64,000 nucleotides of DNA, from positions 96,001 through 160,000 of the forward strand of contig JAVJSW010000049.1 of NCBI GenBank assembly GCA_040219255.1, written 5' to 3'. Shown piece by piece: positions 47,811 through 57,800 of the stretch (its first letter is position 1; each line of letters opens with the position of its first letter). A program made the translations under genes and the position numbers. Under the pieces are notes generated by a model. It saw nothing but the letters and a program-made list of their open reading frames with translations, was not told where the DNA came from and made no database searches. Source of the stretch: Sumerlaeia bacterium. Its GTDB lineage: Bacteria > Sumerlaeota > Sumerlaeia > SLMS01 > JAHLLQ01.

Positions 47811-49997
47811 ATGAAACGCCCCTGCCTTCCATCCCTCGCCTCGTCCGCGTTCGCGCTGACCGCGGCCGCCTCCGCGCTGGCGCAGGCCCCCATCGGCCGC
47901 CTCGCCGATTTCGAATCCAGCGACAGTTACCACATTTACTACGGCTCCTGGGACGCCACGCGCATCGCCGACGCCCGCGATAACTTCCGCCTCGTGGTGC
48001 TCGAACCGTCCTCGAACATCACCGCCGCCGACGTGGCCAATATCCAGCGCGGCCCCGACCTGACCGCCGGCACGGCGGACGATGTCCTCGTCCTGGGGTA
48101 CATTTCCCTGGGCGAAGACAACCGGCCGGAAATCTTCGATGGCATGAACGACATCCTGACCATCCCCGGCGGCGAAGGCCCTCGGGTCGATCCGCGCGAT
48201 TTCCCCGCCACGGAAACCCTGGCCAGCACCGTCAGCGCCGGCATCCCGACGCTCGGCGACCCATCCCCCGGCGGCACCGGCTATGCGCGGTTCTATGTGG
48301 ACGACGATCCGGTGGACGGCATTCCGGACCGGAACTCGGAATTCGGCGGGGCCTATGTCAACGCGGGCGATCCCCAGTGGTACGCCACCGTCAAGTCCAT
48401 GACGGCCCTGAGCGGCAGCAACGCCGGGCTCGACGAAATCATGGGGACTTCGGTGGGCAAAGCCCTCGGCTGCGACGGCATCTTCATCGATACCCTGGAG
48501 ACGCCCGCGCCCAACAGCTTCGGCGGCACCATGTACGAGTGGACCGCCCCCGGCGCCCAATACCTGCTCAAGGAAATCCGCACCGATTTCCCCGATAAGG
48601 TTCTGCTGCTCAATCGCGGACTGTTCTTTTTCTCGCCCAATTTCGAGCACTACCAGTTCTCGCTGGCGCCCTATGTTCAGGCGGTCATGTTCGAAAGCTA
48701 TTACACCACCAACAGCGACGCGAGTGTCACCAACCCGACCTTCAACGACAACAAGTACAACTTCGCGCCGAAGATCAACGCGGAGGCCAACCGCGAGAAT
48801 GGCTTCACGGTGATCGCGCTGGGCTATGACGAGCCTTCGACCATCACCCAACCCACGAAGGACCAGGACTTTATCGAGTCCACGGAACTTCAGGGGTGGC
48901 CGCTCTACCGCACGAACCGCAGCCTGGACGATGCCATGCGCTTCACGTCGCAGGCCTGGAACACGGCGAACCCGGACAGCGACCCGCCGGTGTGGGACAC
49001 GACGGCGCCGCTGTTCGTCGGCGAGTTGGACCCGGCCCCCACGCCCCGCGAAGGCGTGCAGGAATTGGTCGCGGGCGACGCGGAAATCACCGTCCGTTGG
49101 GATGTCGCCCGCGATCAGTCCCAGCCCGTCCTCTACAACCTTTACTACGCCGAGGACTCGGTCGTGACGGCCATCGGCGATGCGGGCTGGACCCAGGTGA
49201 TGCGCGTGGCCGGCGAAGCCCCCGCGAACTACGTGGAGGAGGGCTCGGGCGCGGGGCGCTATGCCAACGAATACACCCTGACCGGCCTGGTCAACGGGGT
49301 GACGTACCAGGTGGCGGTGCGCGCGGAAGACAGCGCCCCCACCCCGCACGAGGAAACGAACACCGTGGTCTTGACCGCGATGCCCTTCTCGCCCGCGGAC
49401 CTGTACCGCACCATCACCATCGATGGCGACATGAGCGACTGGCTCGGCGTTCCGGCCTATGTCAACGATCCCAACAACGACGGCGGCACGCCGGAAGGCA
49501 CCGCGCTCTACCTGGCGAACGACGACGATTACCTCTATGTGCGCGTCACCATCGAAGCCGGAGCGGCCATCCAGGCCCCCGGCGGCTACAACGTCTTCGT
49601 GGACACGGATGGCGATTCGGGCACCGGCTTCACGGCCTTTGGCAGCCCGAACTTCGGATCGGAATTGTTGCTACAGAACGGCGGGTTCTACCAGCAGCGG
49701 GGCGGAGGGTTCAACGAGGGCGGTATCAGCAACGCCGATTTCGCCATCGCTCCGGCCCCGGCGACCCAGGCCACGGACTACGAGTTCCGCATCAGCCGCT
49801 CGGCCACCTACGACAGCGACAGCGCGAACGTCTTTCCCGCCATGGCGAGCCTGCGCCTCGTGATGGACCTGTTCGACGGTGGCTTCGCCAGCGTCGATAC
49901 GCTGCCGAACTTGCCATCGGTCAATGCGCCCCTGTACAATTTTGCCACGGCCACTTCGGACCTCGGCCATTCGGAATGGATGACGCTGGATCGATGA
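47811..49997 (+). CDS. Secreted GH114-like hydrolase with FN3 and one DOMON-like module (paralog of the 39277 gene)
   Basis: YHIYYGSW, VLGYISLGEDNRP, GCDGIFIDT, LLNRG, FESYY; alignable by eye to the 39277 protein. Confidence 0.78.
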   Translation: MKRPCLPSLASSAFALTAAASALAQAPIGRLADFESSDSYHIYYGSWDATRIADARDNFRLVVLEPSSNITAADVANIQRGPDLTAGTADDVLVLGYISLGEDNRPEIFDGMNDILTIPGGEGPRVDPRDFPATETLASTVSAGIPTLGDPSPGGTGYARFYVDDDPVDGIPDRNSEFGGAYVNAGDPQWYATVKSMTALSGSNAGLDEIMGTSVGKALGCDGIFIDTLETPAPNSFGGTMYEWTAPGAQYLLKEIRTDFPDKVLLLNRGLFFFSPNFEHYQFSLAPYVQAVMFESYYTTNSDASVTNPTFNDNKYNFAPKINAEANRENGFTVIALGYDEPSTITQPTKDQDFIESTELQGWPLYRTNRSLDDAMRFTSQAWNTANPDSDPPVWDTTAPLFVGELDPAPTPREGVQELVAGDAEITVRWDVARDQSQPVLYNLYYAEDSVVTAIGDAGWTQVMRVAGEAPANYVEEGSGAGRYANEYTLTGLVNGVTYQVAVRAEDSAPTPHEETNTVVLTAMPFSPADLYRTITIDGDMSDWLGVPAYVNDPNNDGGTPEGTALYLANDDDYLYVRVTIEAGAAIQAPGGYNVFVDTDGDSGTGFTAFGSPNFGSELLLQNGGFYQQRGGGFNEGGISNADFAIAPAPATQATDYEFRISRSATYDSDSANVFPAMASLRLVMDLFDGGFASVDTLPNLPSVNAPLYNFATATSDLGHSEWMTLDR

Positions 49998-51379
49998 TTT
50001 CCTACAAGGACCTTCGCAGGCCCATGATCGACGGATTGCTTCCTTTTCTGACTGCCACTTGGATCGTGTTCGCCGCCCCGGCGGATACACCCGAACTCGC
50101 CTGGCACCCCATCGCCGCCGATCCGGCCGCCGCCCCCGCGGACAATCCGTTGAAGGGCTTCATGCCTTACATCGGCGAGTACGACCTGCCCCACAGCCTG
50201 GAATACAGCTACGTAGGTCTCGCCGAGGCCATGATCGCCCCGGGCAACTACGCCTTCGAGACCGCCATCGATCCACTGCTGGAGGACGCGGCGTCGCGCG
50301 GGCACCAGATGGTGTTGCGGGTCTTCATCGACTATCCGGACGAGACCCTGTCGCTGCCGCAATTCTTCATCGACGAAGGCATCACCCTGACGCCCTACAG
50401 CGACCACGGCGGCGGCATGAGCCCGGACTACGACTTTCCGGCCCTTGTCGAAGCCCTCGAGGATTTCATCGCGGCCCTCGGCGCCCGCTACGATGGCGAT
50501 CCCCGGCTTGGCTACTTCCAGGTCGGCCTGCTGGGCCACTGGGGCGAGTGGCACACCTATCCGAACTACAGTCTGTTTCCTTCCCTGGCGACGCAAAACC
50601 GCATCCTCGCCGCCTTCGACGCGGCGTTCGACGAAACCCATATCCTCGTTTCGCAGGACAGCATGGGCCAGGACCCGGTGGCAAACCTCGCCGCCACGGC
50701 CGTGGGCTTTCACGACGACGCGTTCACCGAAGGCACCCTCGGTCCCGACGACTGGATGTTCGTGCCAAGGCTCAACGCCTTTGGGTTCGATGAACGCTGG
50801 AAAACCATCCCCATGGGCGGCGAAGTCCTTCCCGATTTGCAGGACGACATCCTGGCCGATCCGCCGACCGCTCCCCAGGATTACCTCGCCTGCGTCGGCG
50901 CGACCCACGCGACCTGGCTGCTGAACCAATACCCCTTCGACCTCTCCCCCGGCGACGCCGCCCGCCGCGAGCGCGCCATCGCGCTGTCGCGGGCGCTGGG
51001 CTATGAACTGACCGTGACGGAGGCCGCCGCTCAGTTGACGACCGGCGCCCTGACCATCGGCGTCCGGATCGAAAACACAGGCGTCGCGCCCTTCCCTTAC
51101 GATTGGACGGTGACGGTGCGGTTGCTGGACAGCGGGGGCGAAGTTCTGGAAACCATCGAAACGCCTTGGCGCCTGACGGAGGTCATCCCAGGCGAACCGC
51201 CTCGCGAGTGGATCGTGGAGGCACCTATCGAGCCGCAGCTCGCCGCCTGCCTGACCGAAGCGCGTCTCTGGATCGAAAACCCCCTGAGCGGTGGTTTGCC
51301 TGTGCGCTTTGCCAATGAAGGCCAAAACGGATTCGGACTCTCGATCGCCCAATTCCCCCATTCTTGCCCGGCCCGTTGA
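49994..51379 (+). CDS. DUF4832-type putative glycoside hydrolase (GH-A-like)
   Basis: NPLKG, LRVFIDYP, RYDGDPR, G.LGHWGEWH, GFHDD, PMGGE, LGYEL, NTGVAPFPY; ATGA overlap with upstream gene. Confidence 0.8.
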   Translation: MISYKDLRRPMIDGLLPFLTATWIVFAAPADTPELAWHPIAADPAAAPADNPLKGFMPYIGEYDLPHSLEYSYVGLAEAMIAPGNYAFETAIDPLLEDAASRGHQMVLRVFIDYPDETLSLPQFFIDEGITLTPYSDHGGGMSPDYDFPALVEALEDFIAALGARYDGDPRLGYFQVGLLGHWGEWHTYPNYSLFPSLATQNRILAAFDAAFDETHILVSQDSMGQDPVANLAATAVGFHDDAFTEGTLGPDDWMFVPRLNAFGFDERWKTIPMGGEVLPDLQDDILADPPTAPQDYLACVGATHATWLLNQYPFDLSPGDAARRERAIALSRALGYELTVTEAAAQLTTGALTIGVRIENTGVAPFPYDWTVTVRLLDSGGEVLETIETPWRLTEVIPGEPPREWIVEAPIEPQLAACLTEARLWIENPLSGGLPVRFANEGQNGFGLSIAQFPHSCPAR

Positions 51380-51411
51380 ACGGTTCGCCATCGATCGAAA
51401 AGGACGTTCTC

Positions 51412-52767
51412 ATGACTCCACAACGATTTCTCAAGGCGGGCGCGGCCGCCGCGTTCCTGGGCCTCGCGGCCTCGCCGGCCAACGCGATCGAGAGGACCTT
51501 TCCACCTTCGGACGAAGTCTTCATCAACCCGGAGCGCGGGTTCTACTTTCCGGTCCAATTCCGCAACGTGCCGTCGCTCGGCGCCATCCCGGCCCAGGGC
51601 ATTTCCCTGATTTATGCGGACATCTACCTGCCCGAATACCGGGATGGCCCCATCGCCCAGGATCGCCTGGACAACATCGTGGCCTCGTTCGACCGAACCC
51701 GCCAGGCGGGATTGAAGGCCATCGTCCGCATCACCTACAACCACGCCATCGGCGACGATGACGCGCCGCTCTCGGTGGTGGAGACGCACCTGGAGCAACT
51801 CGCCCCCATCTTCGAAGCCCACGCCGACGTGATCTACGGGTTCCAGGCCGGAATCATCGGCTCCTGGGGCGAATGGCACAGCTCCTCGAATGGCCTGACC
51901 AGCGAACCGAACCGCCGCGCCGTGATCGAGCTGCTCCTGCAACACACGCCCCCCGGCAAGTTCATTGCCCTGCGGACGCCGCCTTTCAAATGGGACTACA
52001 CCGGCGGAACGGCGCTGCTGCCTCAACAGGCTTTCACCGGCGTCCCCATCGCCCGGCTGGCGCATCACAACGATTGCTTCCTGGCCAGTTCGACCGATGT
52101 GGGAACCTATCCCGGCGACAGCGTCGAACTCTGGAAATCCCGCCTCGGCTTTGACACGCAGTTCGTCCCCATCGGCGGGGAAACCTGCCGCGTCAGCGAA
52201 TTCGGCACCTGCGGCTTCGGCATTCCGGAAATGGAGCGCCTCCACTGGAGCTACCTCAACATCGCCTACAACCAGGACGTCCTCGACGACATGGCGCCTT
52301 GCCGCCTGGAATTCGAGCGGCGCCTCGGCTATCGCTTCCGCCTGGTGAGCGCCTCCCTGCCCGATCAGTTGGTGACGGGGCGGGAGGCGACCGTGCGGCT
52401 CGTCTTCGCCAACGATGGCTTCGCGCCGATCTACAACCCAAGGCCCGTGGTGCTGCGGCTCCTGCGTTCGGACGACGTCGTGATGGAGATTCCCCTGACA
52501 ACGGCCGACCCGCGGCGCTGGCTGCCGGGCGAGGGTTTGACCTACACCGTGCAGGAGACCTTCACCGTGCCACCGGAAATCATCCCCGGCGATGTGGACT
52601 TGGCGATCAGGATGCCCGATCCGTCGGGGGCGCTGGAGGGCGATGCGCGCTATGCGATCCGCTTGGCCAACCCGGACCTGTGGGACGCGGCGGGTGGCCA
52701 GAATGTGTTTCTGCGCGGCGTTCCGCTGCAAGCGGTGCAGCCCGGCTCGACGTGGGCGGTGCGGTAA
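51412..52767 (+). CDS. Secreted DUF4874/DUF4832 putative glycoside hydrolase
   Basis: Signal peptide; NPERGF, QAG.IGSWGEWH, HNDCFLAS..D.GTY, GGET, LGYRF, YAIRLAN. Confidence 0.83.
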   Translation: MTPQRFLKAGAAAAFLGLAASPANAIERTFPPSDEVFINPERGFYFPVQFRNVPSLGAIPAQGISLIYADIYLPEYRDGPIAQDRLDNIVASFDRTRQAGLKAIVRITYNHAIGDDDAPLSVVETHLEQLAPIFEAHADVIYGFQAGIIGSWGEWHSSSNGLTSEPNRRAVIELLLQHTPPGKFIALRTPPFKWDYTGGTALLPQQAFTGVPIARLAHHNDCFLASSTDVGTYPGDSVELWKSRLGFDTQFVPIGGETCRVSEFGTCGFGIPEMERLHWSYLNIAYNQDVLDDMAPCRLEFERRLGYRFRLVSASLPDQLVTGREATVRLVFANDGFAPIYNPRPVVLRLLRSDDVVMEIPLTTADPRRWLPGEGLTYTVQETFTVPPEIIPGDVDLAIRMPDPSGALEGDARYAIRLANPDLWDAAGGQNVFLRGVPLQAVQPGSTWAVR

Positions 52768-52810
52768 AAAAAACGGCGATGGGGGAGCGGCCAGCTCCCC
52801 CATCTCTTTC
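52768..52810. terminator. Bidirectional terminator
   Basis: GATGGGGGAGC-GGCCA-GCTCCCCCATC stem with an A tract before and CTTT after, between convergent genes. Confidence 0.75.
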
Positions 52811-52829
52811 CCTGCAATCACTCGTTCCC

Positions 52830-53780
52830 TCAGACCACGCTGGCGCGGGCTTCCTCGAACCAGGCCACGGTCTTCGCGAGGCCATCGCGGAAGCTCACTT
52901 CCGGCTCGAACCCGAGAAGCGCCTGGGCCCGGCCGATACCCGCGTGGGAATGGCGCACATCGCCCGGCTTGGCGGGTTCGAAGAGGGGATCGAACTCCGT
53001 CTTCATCACGTCGTTCAGAGCCTCCACCAAATCGATCAGCGAGTACGACGCGCCGCATCCGAGGTTGATGACTTCGCCCGGGGCGGTTTCCGACTCCATC
53101 GCCAGCAGGTTCCCCTTCACGATGTTATCGACGTGGATGAAGTCGCGCGATTGCAGGCCATCGCCGAAAATGATGGGCCGCTCGCCGTTGAGCATCCGCG
53201 TGATGAACTTGGGAATCACGGCGGCGTATTCGCTCTTCGGGTCCTGGCGCGCGCCGAAGACGTTGAAGTACCGCAGCGCCACCGTTTCGACGCCGTGGAG
53301 GCTGTGGTACACGCGCAGGTATTGCTCGCAGGCCAGTTTATGCACCGCGTAGGGCGAGAGCGGCCGGGGCAGCAAATCCTCGGTCTTGACCGGTTCCTCG
53401 CCATCGCCGTAGGCGGCGGAGGAGGCGGCGAAGACGAAGCGCTTCACGCCGTGGCGGCGGGCGCCTTCCAGGAGCCGCAACGTGGCCGTGATGTTCGTGT
53501 CGTGGGTCGGCAGGGGCTCGGCGACACTGCGGGGCACGGAGGCGACGGCGGCCTCGTGATAGACGCAGCGCGTGCCGGGAAGGATTTCGTCGAGAAGATC
53601 TTCATCGGCGACGGAGCCGCGGACGAATTCGATGCGGCCGTCGAGGTGCGCGATGTTCTCGCGCTTGCCGGTCGAGAGGTTATCGACGACGACGACTTCG
53701 TGACCGCGTTCGACGAGCGCGGTGGCGATGTGGCTTCCGATAAATCCGGCGCCGCCGGTAACGATGATTCGATCAGTCAT
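52830..53780 (-). CDS. UDP-glucose/UDP-GlcNAc 4-epimerase (WbpP/GalE-like extended SDR)
   Basis: TGGAGFIGSH, SVPRSV, SSAAYG, PYAVHK, LRYFNVFG.RQDP.S.YAAVIP. Confidence 0.88.
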   Translation of the reverse strand: MTDRIIVTGGAGFIGSHIATALVERGHEVVVVDNLSTGKRENIAHLDGRIEFVRGSVADEDLLDEILPGTRCVYHEAAVASVPRSVAEPLPTHDTNITATLRLLEGARRHGVKRFVFAASSAAYGDGEEPVKTEDLLPRPLSPYAVHKLACEQYLRVYHSLHGVETVALRYFNVFGARQDPKSEYAAVIPKFITRMLNGERPIIFGDGLQSRDFIHVDNIVKGNLLAMESETAPGEVINLGCGASYSLIDLVEALNDVMKTEFDPLFEPAKPGDVRHSHAGIGRAQALLGFEPEVSFRDGLAKTVAWFEEARASVV

Positions 53781-53841
53781 GGAACCTGTTGTCTTTCTGG
53801 TGTTCGTTGGTCAGGGAATCACACTCGCGCCCGGGTTCGCG

Positions 53842-54888
53842 CTAGTTTTGCAGCAACCGCTGGCATTCGGCCAAGGAAAACTCGGGGCCGTTGCCTCCGA
53901 TAATGCCTCGGGCGATCTCCAGAAGGCGGGTGCGAAAGAAGTTACGGTTTTCCGTCAAGGACAAACGTTCCTGCGGCGGGACGATGATTTCGCCGGCCAC
54001 TTCGATGATGCCGACGCCTTCGCTCTTGATGAACCGCAGCGAATCGGGCGTGCGGAAATCGGGATGGCGCAGGAACACGTGGGCGGTTGCGCTGTGGCCG
54101 TCGGCGCGCAGGAGCAAGTTGCACGTCGCCTGGCCGGGGTCCGTCGCCTTCCACCGGCGAATCAGTTCGCCGCCGGTGACGATCACATTTTCCTGAGCCC
54201 CGCGCAGCCGCGCCACCGGACACGGCCAATGGAGCCATTCGACGGTGCATCCGTGGTGATGCTGCAAGGCGGCTTCACGCGCCGTCTCGACGGGCAAGGA
54301 GAGTTTGCGGAACAACTGAAGGTGCTGGTGCGCCAGAACCGATGCCCCCGCCCAGGCCACGTCGCTGTTCGACGCGGCCAGCCAGCGCGGCGCCCGGGCA
54401 AGAAACCCCGCCATTTCCCGCAGGCTACGCTCGTCCATGCGCATCGGCTCGGCGTCACGCACGTTCATCACGAAATGGCCCTTGTGCAGGGGAAAGGGCG
54501 TTGCATGGGCAAAGTACCGCACGCCGGCGCTTTCGAACTCGAAGGCGCGCAGGAGGGGTTTCCATGGCGACGCCACATTCTCCCAGCAGAGCGGGTTTTC
54601 CGGCTGGTCTTCCATGCGGTCCGCCGGGCGGTAGCCGAGCCGCGAGTAGTTCACCTGGAGCCGGAAGGTGACGCCGTATTCATCGTCGCGTTCTTGCAGG
54701 TACAGGTTCGGCCGGGTCAGGTGGGCGAAGTATCCCTGGCGCTGGGACCACGCCTCCAGGGCGTCGAGGGCGCCGCTCAGTTCGCCGGTTTGGCTCGTCA
54801 GGGCGTCGAGGCGTTTCTGCACCTCGTCCTGATCAAGCATCGCATCGGGCAATGCGAGGGCTTCTTGATCGGTGGGGGGCAAACTCAT
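53842..54888 (-). CDS. HIT/GalT-like nucleotidyltransferase or phosphorylase (DUF4922-like)
   Basis: PFP....HF and AGASVLAHQHLQ (HxHxQ) motifs. Confidence 0.65.
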   Translation of the reverse strand: MSLPPTDQEALALPDAMLDQDEVQKRLDALTSQTGELSGALDALEAWSQRQGYFAHLTRPNLYLQERDDEYGVTFRLQVNYSRLGYRPADRMEDQPENPLCWENVASPWKPLLRAFEFESAGVRYFAHATPFPLHKGHFVMNVRDAEPMRMDERSLREMAGFLARAPRWLAASNSDVAWAGASVLAHQHLQLFRKLSLPVETAREAALQHHHGCTVEWLHWPCPVARLRGAQENVIVTGGELIRRWKATDPGQATCNLLLRADGHSATAHVFLRHPDFRTPDSLRFIKSEGVGIIEVAGEIIVPPQERLSLTENRNFFRTRLLEIARGIIGGNGPEFSLAECQRLLQN

Positions 54889-57800
54889 CGGGCTTCCACC
54901 TCCTCGATCCACAGGATGCCGGGGCGCGCGGCGGGGCCGCTGCCGGTCGGTTGATAGACGCGCAGTTCGCGCAGGGTCCGGGGTTCGAAGCTGACCTCGC
55001 TGCGTTCTTCGGGCTGGCCGGGGCGCACCTCCGCCAACAACTCCCATGGGGCGGTGGGGCTGGTGCGGCCTTCGATGCGGACGAACTGCGACGTCTGGTG
55101 CACGTTCGAGTCCATGGCCCAGTGAATCGCGACGCGGCTGAGAGTGCGCGGCTCCTTGAGGAGGAAGGTGGCCCAGTGAGGCTGGAGGCCTTCTTCGCTG
55201 GCCCAGGCCGCCTCGGACCAATCCTTGTTCGACGTGTCCGTGACCCCATCGTTCAGCGGCCGGGGCGTGTAACCCCAGAAGTTCGAGTCGGTGGCGACTT
55301 CCACCGAACTTTCCCGCAGCAGGCTGCTTTCCTGGGACAAACGCACGACGCGGAAGGAGGCCTTGGAGAGCGGCTGGCCCTGATCACCGATCAGCGAAAC
55401 AGTGACGGGAGCAGTGATTTCGCCAGAGGTGCCCTGAGGTTGGAAGACGATGGCCAACTCTTGCGTTTCTCCGTCCGGCAGCAGCAAGTCCGCCGCCGGT
55501 TCGACCGTGGCGGAGAGGCCCGCCGGCAAACCCTCGACCCGGATGCGGGCGGCGAGGTCTTCGACCAGATTGTTATGAACCGAGAGCGTGGCCCGGCCCC
55601 GGTCGCGGAAGACCGTTTCCGCCGGAATATCGCCCAATTCGACGGGCGGCACGATGGGAAGCAGGGCTTCGTAGAGCAGGCGCTCTTCGAGCGAAGCGCC
55701 CCGGCCCGTTTCCGTGACCACGACGCGGATTTCCCCGCCCAGGGGCGCGTCCCCGGAAACGAGCAGAGTGGCGGTGTGATCGTCGAGCGGCAGCCGGGTC
55801 AGTTCGCCGCCCCAGCCCGCGCGTACCAGCAGGGCGCCGTCGCGTTCGGGCAATTGAATCCGCAGCGGATAACCCGGCGAGGCCACGGCGGGGACCATCG
55901 GTTCAAAGCGGTCGCCCTCGATTTCCTGCCAGAGCAGGCTTTCGAGCGTGCGCAGGAAGGCGGCCTGGCGGGTCCATTCGATGTCGCGGTAGAGATCTTC
56001 GAGGCTGGGCGCGAGAGTCTTTTCCCAGGCCGCCAGGGTGGCCAACGCGCGCCCTGGATCGGTGAGACTGGAACCGGCGAAGGCTTCGGCTTCGTCGGCC
56101 ATCTTACCGGGGATCATGCCGTGGCGGCGCCATTTATCGGCCAGCTCGGCCATCGCACGGCGGGCGCCCCGGGTTTCCGTTTCCAGGCTCTCGCGGTCGC
56201 GTCGGAAAACCAGGATCGCCCGCACATCCAGCGGCGCCACATCGGCTTCAAAAGAACGGCCGTCCTCGGAAAGGGAGAGCCGTTTGCCTTGGATCAAGTC
56301 CCAGGCGACCACGTCCGGCGAGTCGCCAAACAGCGCGGGATCGAGCGTGACGCGGCCCCGGCGGCCCACGTCGGACGGGTTGTAGAGCGTGAAGCCCACA
56401 CGCCGCGTGTTGAGCGGCGTTCCACGATAGGCTCCGCCGCCCCAGCGTTCGGCCAGCAGATCGGGCCGGTCGAGGCTCGCCAGCGTGATCGGCTCCCAAC
56501 CCATCGAGGTCAGCAAACCTTGCGGCGCCATGAACTTCAGCGACAGCCACCGGTCTTCATTATAGAGGCGGGCGTTTTCCCAGTACGGGTCGCTGGCGGC
56601 GTCGTGGCTGAAGAACCCGGGCCACATGCCGTAGTGCAGGCACCGGGCGAAATACTGCTCCACCTTCTTGCCGCGGAAACGGTCGAAGGGTACGTTTTGC
56701 AGGAAGCAGTAAGGCTTCTGATAACTGAGCGTGCGGATGAAATCCATCATGTCGATGGAGGGCGGCGTGAGATGTTCGCCCCCGCCCCAGTTCGTCTCGA
56801 TCCCGAGGACGTCGAGGAGCGGGCCGCTCCAGCCGAACTTGTAGAGCGCCGTGTTCGCCATCAGCAGATGCCCGTTCTGGTGAACGCGGCGGGCGGCTTC
56901 CTCGGCAAAGGCGAAGTTGTGCCACATGTTGATCTGGCCGACGGCGCCCGTGGCGGGATGGAAGGTCAGCGGGTAGGGGCTCAGGGCGTTATTCGCGGCG
57001 CGGTAGTCGAGCTGCACCGCTTCCCAGCCTTCGAAGCTGTCGAGGTAGAACCCGGTGACCGCTTCCGCGTCGGCGGCGGTGGCTTCGAAGCCGGCGTTTT
57101 CGAGCAGGTTCCCGGCCGACGGATCGCCGGCGGGGCGCGCGTCCACGTGGTCAATGAGGACCTCGCCACCTTGGGCGATCAACTCGAGCCTCGGATTGGT
57201 CGCGCCGGGGTCTACCGCCACGGTCTGGCGCTGCCACACATGGGGGGCGTCCGGCGCCAGGGTCTTGGTATCGCCGCTGGCGCCCCGCACCATCAGGCGC
57301 GTGTTTTCTCCGGCGAGATAGCGAACGGTGACTTCGAGTTCCGAAGCGCCGGGCCGCCCCGCTGGGATCGTCTGAAAAGCGGAAGAACCGTCGGCCAGGC
57401 GAAGCGCCCGGCCTTGGGCCTGGATCACGTTGCGCTCGGCGACGCCACCGCCTTTCCAGGCGAGCGGCTCGGCCGACTGCTGCCTGGCAAGAAGGTCGCT
57501 GTAGGGCTGCCAGGACAGATCGAACCCGTTGACCGGGTTGCGGTCCGTGCGTGGAATGCGCGGGTTCGAATTCATCGGAATGCGCGCGCCATCCGCCCAG
57601 GGAAAGATGGCGAAGGTGGTCGAGAATTGACCGTCCGGGCCGTAGGAGCCGCTGGAGCGGACCGCCGACCCCTGAGCCGTGTCGAGGGAGTCGATGTAGG
57701 GGAACAGCTCCGCGGTGTCGCGCGCCATACCGGCGGGCATCTGCACCCACTGCACCGTCGGTTCGCAGTAAACCAGCGACCAGATGTCGTTCTGGTTATT

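Noticed and set aside
39277-53780. Pel/GAG biosynthesis operon
   Set aside because: No GT4 synthase (PelF), PelG flippase or deacetylase is visible; the kinase and multiple secreted hydrolases point to catabolism
54885-54920. C-terminus GILWIEEVEAR as a Trp-tail motif
   Set aside because: It is the last beta-strand of the F5/8-type domain, with no Ser-rich linker
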